Made by a program: the position numbers and the translations under genes
Part shown: in pieces, positions 16,972 to 24,877 of the stretch
How the letters are laid out: each line of letters opens with the position of its first letter
How positions within the stretch are numbered: the first letter of the stretch is position 1
Assembly (NCBI GenBank): GCA_036524255.1
Contig: DATDCP010000463.1
Span: forward strand, 1-44,589
Source: Chitinophagaceae bacterium
GTDB taxonomy: Bacteria > Bacteroidota > Bacteroidia > Chitinophagales > Chitinophagaceae
Length of the DNA: 44,589 nucleotides
Direction of reading: 5' to 3'
Notes under the pieces: generated by a model
What the model saw: the letters and a program-made list of their open reading frames with translations, nothing else
What the model was told of the DNA's origin: nothing
Database searches by the model: none

Positions 16972-19623
16972 TTACCTGGCAATTACAATTTTTTCTGTCC
17001 TTATGTTTTTCCCGTTGTCTCCTTTAACTCTCAACACATATATTCCATTTGAAAGATTGTTTATATCAACCCTTGTAGCAAGCTCCCTTGTTTGAATATT
17101 TCTTACAAGCCTTCCACTTATATCAAATAATTGCACCATCCTGTTTTCAACAGCATAATTATATATCATAAAATAAGTGCGGGCCGGGTTGGGATATACA
17201 TCAATGCTTTTATCTTTCACATCATCAGATACTTTACTTTCAGTAAGCAATTGACTCATTGCTTTTGCTGAACCTGATGGTTGATATGTGAATTCCAAAA
17301 TACTTCCAGCATTTGCAGGTGTTGTAGTCACACCTCCTGTCGGTCCGGATGTAGAACCACTGGAGTCACAAGCAACATATATTTTTAAGCCATCTGGTGA
17401 TACAACTACATCTCTAAACCGTCCCATTCCACGGAAGTAATTAATTGTATCAGAGATTATACTCTGCCCGTCATTACTCAATTTATATCTAGCAACAACA
17501 CCTCCTTTCAACGTGGCTATTAATAATGAGTTTTGCCAACCCGGGATTGCACTGCTTCCATAAAATTCTGTACCGGAAGGTCCGATCGAAGGCCATGTCA
17601 TATTATCACCGCCAGAAGGAGGATTAGAGGAAGGGAATATCGAACGTAAGGGCTCATTTGCATTGAGTGTAGCACAATTGTTTTGTTCATTAACTACAGC
17701 AAACCCACCTATTGTCTTCCCATTATAATTACCATCGCAATAACCCGCAACTTGTGGCCATCCATAATTTCGGCCAACTTGTATAGCATTTATCTCATCA
17801 TCACTGAATGGCCCATGTTCACTGCTGTATAAAATGTCTGTCCCATTTACATTACCCCATACAAGACCTTGCGGATTACGATGACCCAAGGTATATACTG
17901 CATTTGTAAATGGATTATCCGCAGGTATCCATGATTCTGCCCCATCTGGTTCAGTGTTTAGTCTCAAAATTTTTCCTTCGTAGATATTAATATTCTGCGC
18001 ATTGTTAGCTCGTGAAATATTATCATACTGTCCTGCGCCCATATCTCCTGCTGAATAATATAATTTAAGATCAGGGCCAATAGAGAGCCGTGCTGAATTA
18101 TGATCATTGCTTCCGGGGATATTTTCCAATACTGTAACAGGACTTTCCAAAACAAGAGTTGAAAAATTATATGTATATCTTTCGATCCTTATTTTTCTAA
18201 CAGTATTGCTTAACGATTGATAAGTATAAGAAATATATACATAAGGTTTGCCTGTTAAAAATTCCGGATGTAACGCAAGCCCCATCAATCCATCCTGCCC
18301 ACCGCCCCGAACCATTTTAGAACCTAACGTAAGTGGAACAGTTTTTAAATTAGTTATTAGGTTTAGACAACTCACTCTTCCTGCAAACCGCTCAGTGTAC
18401 CATATATTATTATCAGGCCCATAAACCAGGTCATGTGGCATTCTTTGATTGCCAATGACCGTACGCACAGAAAATGATTCATTAGCAAGTGTTTTCGGTA
18501 TAGTTGATACACTCATCGGACTGCTTGTTGACTGATTTCCTAAGGCATCTTTAGCAACCACCGTCATTGAATATGTAGTGTTTGGTAAAAGACCAGTAAC
18601 ACTATAGGAAGTACCAATGAGAGTAGCACTATTCATTTTTACCCCATTCCTATAAACATCATACCCTGTCACACCTACATTATCAGTAGAAGCTGACCAT
18701 GAAAATGTAAATGATGTTGTTACAATATTTGTGGCTGCAAGATTGGATGGCGCAGTTGGTGGCTCTGAATCCGGAGAATTTGTAGTAACATTTAATGAAG
18801 TACTTGGGGTACTTTGGTTACCAGCTGCATCTTTAGCTTTTACAAAATAGCTATTAGTAGATCCGGCAGCCAATCCTGAAACATTGTAAGATGTAGATGT
18901 AATGTTTGAAGGATTAATTTTTATTCCATCCTTGTATACATCATAACCCGTAACACCAACATTATCTGTAGATGCAGTCCAGCTTAAATTAAATGAAGAA
19001 TTGGTGATATTTGATGAAGTAAGGTTGGATGGAGCAGTTGGTGGCTGTGCATCCATACTGTTGTTAACAGATAAGTACGCTCCCGGAATTACTTCACTTG
19101 GTGCTGATACACTTTGTCCGGGCCTGGCCCAACCTACCGCCATATTATCACTGCCGCTACCCTCTTTCATTAACGCCTCTACATAATATTTTTGACCTGC
19201 TAATAAAGGAATACCAAGTGATTTTTGTGTGCCGGATTTATTCCATTGTCTTGACTTTGTAGCACTCGTGTTATAAGCGATCCTTCCTTTGTTAGCCGGA
19301 TCTATGGTTGTGCTTAACCAAAGTTCTGCACTTTCATCACTGGCGATCCAGAAAACATAATTACCACTGATCGGCGGGCAGATATACCCATATACCTTCA
19401 TTCCAAAATTATTCCCACTGTTACCCGGTATTTCAAAAATGGTATAGGTTCCTGAAGTGGTGGGGTTGTTTGGATAGTTTGAGTTAGAAGTAAGGTTACT
19501 TACAGAAGATCCGTTAATGTTATTCCAACGTTGATAGTTGATGCTTCCAAGACCCGGACAACTTTGCGAAAATGAGTTTAAAAAAATAAATACAAGGACG
19601 GTGGTACCGTAGAGGTTTTTCAT
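16972..19623 (-). CDS. T9SS-secreted PQQ-type sugar dehydrogenase (GSDH beta-propeller) with N-terminal PA14-like domain and two FN3 domains
   Basis: Signal peptide, then a PA14-like pattern (..GYICPPISGNYVFWIASDESAELWLS.. ..AGQKYYVEALMKEGSGSDNMAVGW). Two FN3 domains follow (PPTAPSNL..SW.ASTDNVGVTGYDVY..). GSDH motifs: GLMGLALHPEF, NDHNSARL, EGKILRL, GHRNPQGLVW, EHGPFSDDEINAI..RNYGWP. T9SS tail: VYPNPARTYF..GIYVLRVKGDNGKNIRTEKIVIAR. Confidence 0.85.
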   Translation of the reverse strand: MKNLYGTTVLVFIFLNSFSQSCPGLGSINYQRWNNINGSSVSNLTSNSNYPNNPTTSGTYTIFEIPGNSGNNFGMKVYGYICPPISGNYVFWIASDESAELWLSTTIDPANKGRIAYNTSATKSRQWNKSGTQKSLGIPLLAGQKYYVEALMKEGSGSDNMAVGWARPGQSVSAPSEVIPGAYLSVNNSMDAQPPTAPSNLTSSNITNSSFNLSWTASTDNVGVTGYDVYKDGIKINPSNITSTSYNVSGLAAGSTNSYFVKAKDAAGNQSTPSTSLNVTTNSPDSEPPTAPSNLAATNIVTTSFTFSWSASTDNVGVTGYDVYRNGVKMNSATLIGTSYSVTGLLPNTTYSMTVVAKDALGNQSTSSPMSVSTIPKTLANESFSVRTVIGNQRMPHDLVYGPDNNIWYTERFAGRVSCLNLITNLKTVPLTLGSKMVRGGGQDGLMGLALHPEFLTGKPYVYISYTYQSLSNTVRKIRIERYTYNFSTLVLESPVTVLENIPGSNDHNSARLSIGPDLKLYYSAGDMGAGQYDNISRANNAQNINIYEGKILRLNTEPDGAESWIPADNPFTNAVYTLGHRNPQGLVWGNVNGTDILYSSEHGPFSDDEINAIQVGRNYGWPQVAGYCDGNYNGKTIGGFAVVNEQNNCATLNANEPLRSIFPSSNPPSGGDNMTWPSIGPSGTEFYGSSAIPGWQNSLLIATLKGGVVARYKLSNDGQSIISDTINYFRGMGRFRDVVVSPDGLKIYVACDSSGSTSGPTGGVTTTPANAGSILEFTYQPSGSAKAMSQLLTESKVSDDVKDKSIDVYPNPARTYFMIYNYAVENRMVQLFDISGRLVRNIQTRELATRVDINNLSNGIYVLRVKGDNGKNIRTEKIVIAR

Positions 19624-19845
19624 AAACAGTGGCGTTTAGGTTAAAAATAAATTGGTTCGCTAAAAAATAAAGTTATAACGATTGTTTTAATTAATAAACA
19701 AATATTGGCTGATTGAAATCAATATTACTCAAAATGAAATTCAAACGCCTGATAGCATTAACTCATTTTTTATTGAAAAGCAGGATCGTTCATGTTAAAA
19801 AATGGGTTATTCTTAATTATGTATTTTTACATCAATACATTAAAT

Positions 19846-20934
19846 ATGACCCCGACAACCAAACCAATAATCGGTATTACTTGTGGCGATCTAAATGGAA
19901 TAGGAACCGAATTAATAATCAAAGTCTTTTCAGACAGCCGCATCCTTGAACTATGTACTCCTGTAATATTTGCTTCAAATAAGGTCATTAATTTTTATCG
20001 TAAGACTTTGCCGGAATTTAATTTTAGCTGGCAGAATATAAAAGATCTTTCCCGCCTGAATGCAAAACAAATGAACATCTATAATTGCTGGGAAGAAGAT
20101 GTAAACATTACGCCAGGTCAACTAACCGAGACTGGTGGAAAATATGCTATAAGATCATTACAGGCTGCTGTAAATGCATTAAAACAAAACCACATAGATG
20201 GTCTTGTTACAGCGCCAATTCATAAAAAAAATGTACAATCAGAAGAATTCAATTACACGGGCCATACACCTTTTTTAAAAAGTTATTTCGGGGTAAATGA
20301 TGTAGTAATGCTATTGTTTGCAAATGAATTTCGTGTTGCATTGGTTACCGAACATATACCTGTCAATGAAGTAGCGGCAAAAATTTCTAAAGAAATTATA
20401 ACAAGGAAACTGAATATTCTAAATGAAAGTCTTCAAAAAGATTTTGGAATTGATAAGCCAAAGATCGCGGTTCTCGGATTAAACCCTCATGCAGGTGATG
20501 AAGGCTTGATTGGAAAAGAAGAAGAAACAATAATTAAACCTGCAATAAAGGAAGCAAAACAAAATAATATGTTAGTGACAGGTCCATTCAGCGCTGATAG
20601 TTTTTTTGCAAAACAATATCATAATCGTTTTGATGCTGTGCTTGCCATGTACCATGACCAGGGACTTGTTCCTTTTAAAACACTTGCTTCAGGCGAAGGT
20701 GTTAATTACACGGCAGGTCTTCCTGTCATTAGAACATCACCCGACCATGGAACTGCTTTTGATATTGCGGGAAAAGGAAAAGCAGATGAATCTTCATTCC
20801 GTATAGCAGTTTTTGAATGCCTTACTATTATTAATAAAAGAAAAGAATTTGAAGAAAGCCACAAAAATCCTTTGAAAAAAATCACTTCTGCAATTCTTGC
20901 CAACCAGGAAGATGAAAGGATCGAAGAAAATTAA
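19846..20934 (+). CDS. pdxA: 4-hydroxythreonine-4-phosphate dehydrogenase PdxA
   Basis: Start moved to MTPTTKPIIGITCGDLNGIG. Motifs GLVTAPI.K, GHT.F, GLNPHAGD.G, MYHDQGL, RTSPDHGTAFDIAGKG. Confidence 0.9.
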   Translation: MTPTTKPIIGITCGDLNGIGTELIIKVFSDSRILELCTPVIFASNKVINFYRKTLPEFNFSWQNIKDLSRLNAKQMNIYNCWEEDVNITPGQLTETGGKYAIRSLQAAVNALKQNHIDGLVTAPIHKKNVQSEEFNYTGHTPFLKSYFGVNDVVMLLFANEFRVALVTEHIPVNEVAAKISKEIITRKLNILNESLQKDFGIDKPKIAVLGLNPHAGDEGLIGKEEETIIKPAIKEAKQNNMLVTGPFSADSFFAKQYHNRFDAVLAMYHDQGLVPFKTLASGEGVNYTAGLPVIRTSPDHGTAFDIAGKGKADESSFRIAVFECLTIINKRKEFEESHKNPLKKITSAILANQEDERIEEN

Positions 20935-20971
20935 ATTAACAGGCATTTGATCAATGCTTCTACTTATTATT

Positions 20972-20999
20972 AAAGATCACAAACTGTGATCTTTTTTTT
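20972..20999 (+). terminator. Intrinsic terminator after pdxA
   Basis: Stem AAAGATCAC/GTGATCTTT followed by a T-run. Confidence 0.8.
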
Positions 21000-21420
21000 A
21001 TATCCATGAACATATAAACTTCTTGTTCTATAATTTTCTTTCAATATTTCTTCCAAAAAAAATTATCGTTCATGTTTTTACCCTTAGTAATTTTTCTAAC
21101 CTCCGTTTAAGTAGCTTCAGAAAAAAAGTAGAACTACTACTTATAAAAAAACCTTACTCTTACGTAGAAAAATCTCTTAGAAAAACTATGAGATTTAAAA
21201 AGTGAAATATACTTTTATGCTAGTAATTAATCCGGTACCCGAGTGAGTCCTACCAAGTAACTTTCTCGGTTAAGTATCAAAAAAATTTAGTTGTAGTGTT
21301 TTAGGAAGCCATCGGGCTGAGAGGCTTTTGCTTTGATATCCGGATGAATAAAAATGTATATCGCTCAATTAAACCATACTTATTATTATTCAAAAATTAA
21401 TCACCCCTAAAAAGAAAACA

Positions 21421-21960
21421 ATGAAACATTTCTTCAAATTAACATGTGCAGCTGCAGTTCTTACAGCCGGAATTATTACTCTTTCTTCATTCAATAAAGC
21501 GAAGAAAGCAACAACAAGCGTTGATGCATACAGCATTCAACTTCTACCCACAACGGAGTCGAGCCGTGGTGCTGGTAATTATGAATGGACATGGGTTCTT
21601 ACTAATCCTAATCCGGGTAATGGTGAAAATGGAACATTACAGAACGTAAGTCATTTTGATATTGCTTTAAATGCAGTAGCAGAAGCTGCATTAGTTTCAG
21701 CAGAATACAGTTTTGATGGTATTACCTGGGTAAGCGTTCCGATTGAAATGGAACGTGATCCCGCGATCAGGGCATGTACCGGCGTTGATGTATTAAAATT
21801 CAATGCTGGAACTGTTGGTGACCAACCTACTTATTATAGAGCTACATTTGACCAGGAATTCTCTGCTAATCCATATGCAACTTCATGGATCAAAGGTGGT
21901 TCTCGTTATGGTTGTAATATGGCCTTCTTTACTGGTGTTGGTGCATCAAGTAATAACTAA
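21421..21960 (+). CDS. Small secreted protein of unknown function
   Basis: 179 aa with an N-terminal hydrophobic signal (MKHFFKLTCAAAVLTAGIITLSS) and no motif I recognise. It has its own terminator at 21981..22009. Confidence 0.65.
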   Translation: MKHFFKLTCAAAVLTAGIITLSSFNKAKKATTSVDAYSIQLLPTTESSRGAGNYEWTWVLTNPNPGNGENGTLQNVSHFDIALNAVAEAALVSAEYSFDGITWVSVPIEMERDPAIRACTGVDVLKFNAGTVGDQPTYYRATFDQEFSANPYATSWIKGGSRYGCNMAFFTGVGASSNN

Positions 21961-21980
21961 AATTTATTTATAAATAAAAA

Positions 21981-22009
21981 AGCTGCGGATAACTGCGGCT
22001 TTTTTATTT
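21981..22009 (+). terminator. Intrinsic terminator after the 179-aa gene
   Basis: AGCTGCGG ataa CTGCGGCT forms 8 bp including two G-U pairs, followed by tttttattt. Confidence 0.55.
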
Positions 22010-22161
22010 CAACAACACATTTTTATACAAGTGAGTCATTTTTGATCCATTTGTATTGAACTCTTAAAAAAAATTGGTGTGCTGATTTAAGCTTTGAATT
22101 AAAATAGCTTGATCATTATTATTCTCTAAGTGTTTTTTTGTAGTACCCTAAATCCGTTCAG

Positions 22162-24801
22162 ATGAAGACAACTATACCAATTATTCCCTTCAGGCCCAAT
22201 TTTAAATTTGTGCGAAACTGGTTCATTAACCTGTTTGTTGCCTCTTGGTTTCTTGTACCCACCTCGTCTTTTTCGCAGTGTACAAACTATACAGTTAATT
22301 GGGACTATCTTGATTTTTTTCATAACACACCAGGATCATGGTATTATGTTACTCCCCCAGCAGGGAGCAATCCTTTTGTTACGAACGCAATGAAGCAATC
22401 TCAAAACTTTGCCTTGGGACCAACCAATGTGCTAAATATTGCGACTTTAATTCAAGTTGCTGGAAGTGGTGTATTCTACGGTGATCTTACAAATCATTTA
22501 GGTGAGATTGCTGGATATACCGGAGCGGATGTATCGTTCACCCCAACAGCAAATGGTCAAACTATTATTTTTACTTTTTTGAATGAAGTAACAAATGCAA
22601 GTTTTACCTTATATGGTGTAGATAGACAACAGGTCATTAGTGTAGCCGCGACTAATACTGGTGGTACAGCGCAAACTGTAACAGCTGCTACCTATGCTTC
22701 CAGTATTCTAACAATTTCCGGAGCACCCGGAAAAACAATTACTGCAAGTAATACTACAAGTACGTCTCCTAGCAATACAGGTAGTGCTACTTTTACCGTC
22801 ACTACATCTGTAAAAACAATTACTTTAACTGTAAGTACCCTTGGAAGTATTCCAACATTTTGGCTTTCTGATATTATAGCTTGTTCTCCGGATCCAGGTT
22901 TTCCAACAGACTACTATAAGCCATATACGCAACCTTATACTGGTCAACCTGCTTATTTCCTCGCTAATCCGGATTTTAACCTAAATGTATATATGGTAGA
23001 TCCTGTTAACAGAACTGCCGATCTGTTATTTACTGATCCGGGTATTGGAGGCAATGCATTAAACTCAATAGCATATGACCCGGTAAATAAATATGTTTAC
23101 TATGTAATGAATGGCTCCGGTGCAGGCGCTGGCAACAGGTCACTAAAAAGATATGATGTAACTACAAACAGTATCACAACGGTTCTTGCGGATATAAATT
23201 CATTAGGAGTACCTACGTTTACGCAAGGAGTTGAAGCAGCTTCAGCTGCTTTTTATAATGGTTGTTTATACTTAGGAGTAGAAGGCTCCGAAACAGGTTC
23301 ATTTACCTCAAATACCGAGGCTATCATATGGCGAATTGATTTTAGTGGCACGACGCCCATAAGAGCTTCACAGGTTTTTGGTATGCTAAACGATGATGGT
23401 GCAGGCCAACCCAGTCATGACTGGGGAGATATTATTACTAGAGATGGCAATATAATTACACATGCGTCAACCCGACTTACACCGTCCTACCAAAGTAACT
23501 GGATCCATTTTAACATGACCACAAGCACCTCTACAAATACATATCCGGGATATGCTGATACGTCGGGACAGCTTGGTCAGATTTATGACGGCACAGTCTA
23601 TAGAGTAGATAATCAAATAGCATTATATAATAATAATGGTACGACTGCTGCAGCAAACCCAATATCAGTTACCTCTTGTTCGCCGTCCTGGAACAACAGG
23701 CCGGCAAATGATGCATCGGATCCTTTTAGACCAGCTCTTGATTTTGGAGATGCACCGGCTACTTATGACCCTGTTGCTTTATCTCCGGCTGCAAATCAAA
23801 AAGCATGTAATAACTCAACATTGAGAATAGGTTCGGCGTGGGATCGTGAATGGGTATTAGGTAGTTCATTGAATGCTACAGGAGATGGGACAGATGAAGA
23901 TGGTGTTTCTACCGTTTCTATTATGGTTGCTGATGGCATTTCATATAATCATGTACAGGAAGTAACTGTTCTGAATAATACAGGTGCTCCTGCTTATCTG
24001 GCCGGATGGCTCGACTATAATGCAAATGGGGTCTTTGATCCCTCTGAAGGAGTTGTGGTTACAGTACCAAGCAGCGCTTCACCACAAACAATAACACTTG
24101 GTTGGACTGGAATTACTATAGCACCGGGTACACCGAATAGTTTTTTACGAGTAAGGCTTTATTCCGGAGCGCTAACTACAAGCAGTGCAACAGGCTGGTT
24201 GGCTGATGGCGAAACCGAAGATTATCCTGTACTTTCTCAGGCGATGCCACTTGTTATCGAGTTACTTGATTTCACTGCAACTCTAACGAGAGATAAAAAT
24301 GTTTCATTAAACTGGAGAGCATATGTCGATGACGAAGCAAAGGGTTTTGAAATAGAAAGGAGTAAGGATCAGAATAATTGGGAAAAAATAGGAGCTGTAA
24401 ATTTAAAGACATCGAACTTTACAACAGATTATAGTTTCCTGGATCAACTACCATTACAGGGAAAATCTTATTACCGCCTGAAAATGGTGGAAAAAACAGG
24501 TTCATCAAGATACAGCAAGACAAGGCTGATACAAATTGATCAGCTTATTACAAAACTCAGGATATACCCTAACCCTGCTAAAAATGATGTTACCGTTTCA
24601 TTTAATTCTTCAATGAATCAATCAGCGACATTGATCATCAGATCAATAGCCGGAGAAGTAATGATGAGGAAATCAATCACCCTGGCTGAGACGGACAACC
24701 GGGTAAGTGTGTCAACAAATGGACTAAGCAATGGCTTATACGTTGTTGAGCTAATTACTCCCGAAAAAACATTCGTCAATAAGTTAACTGTAGCACATTA
24801 A
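22162..24801 (+). CDS. Large T9SS-secreted protein with GEVED-like domain, FN3-like module and T9SS tail
   Basis: Signal-like N-terminus, then a Thr/Ser-rich beta-rich body. DFGDAPATYDP..DEDGV..WLDYNANGVFD..GETEDYPV resembles the GEVED domain. This is followed by LNWRAYVDDEAKGFEIERSKDQNNWEKIG..YYRLKMVEKTGSSRYSK and IYPNPAKNDV..GLYVVELITPEKTFVNKLTVAH. Confidence 0.8.
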   Translation: MKTTIPIIPFRPNFKFVRNWFINLFVASWFLVPTSSFSQCTNYTVNWDYLDFFHNTPGSWYYVTPPAGSNPFVTNAMKQSQNFALGPTNVLNIATLIQVAGSGVFYGDLTNHLGEIAGYTGADVSFTPTANGQTIIFTFLNEVTNASFTLYGVDRQQVISVAATNTGGTAQTVTAATYASSILTISGAPGKTITASNTTSTSPSNTGSATFTVTTSVKTITLTVSTLGSIPTFWLSDIIACSPDPGFPTDYYKPYTQPYTGQPAYFLANPDFNLNVYMVDPVNRTADLLFTDPGIGGNALNSIAYDPVNKYVYYVMNGSGAGAGNRSLKRYDVTTNSITTVLADINSLGVPTFTQGVEAASAAFYNGCLYLGVEGSETGSFTSNTEAIIWRIDFSGTTPIRASQVFGMLNDDGAGQPSHDWGDIITRDGNIITHASTRLTPSYQSNWIHFNMTTSTSTNTYPGYADTSGQLGQIYDGTVYRVDNQIALYNNNGTTAAANPISVTSCSPSWNNRPANDASDPFRPALDFGDAPATYDPVALSPAANQKACNNSTLRIGSAWDREWVLGSSLNATGDGTDEDGVSTVSIMVADGISYNHVQEVTVLNNTGAPAYLAGWLDYNANGVFDPSEGVVVTVPSSASPQTITLGWTGITIAPGTPNSFLRVRLYSGALTTSSATGWLADGETEDYPVLSQAMPLVIELLDFTATLTRDKNVSLNWRAYVDDEAKGFEIERSKDQNNWEKIGAVNLKTSNFTTDYSFLDQLPLQGKSYYRLKMVEKTGSSRYSKTRLIQIDQLITKLRIYPNPAKNDVTVSFNSSMNQSATLIIRSIAGEVMMRKSITLAETDNRVSVSTNGLSNGLYVVELITPEKTFVNKLTVAH

Positions 24802-24818
24802 AAAGTAAGTATATTAAT

Positions 24819-24859
24819 AGAAATAAAAATCATCCAGAAAGAGGATGATTTTTATTTCT
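24819..24859. terminator. Bidirectional intrinsic terminator between convergent genes
   Basis: A 17-bp perfect stem AGAAATAAAAATCATCC/GGATGATTTTTATTTCT with a 7-nt loop. Confidence 0.85.
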
Positions 24860-24877
24860 ATTTTATTGTTTTAAAGA

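Noticed and set aside
21313-21345. A TPP-riboswitch-like string (GGGCTGAGAGG ... GATATCCGGATGAAT) upstream of the 179-aa gene.
   Set aside because: Only the CTGAGA core and a vague THI-box resemblance are present. The required P1/P2/P4 pairings are not, and the downstream gene is unrelated to thiamine.
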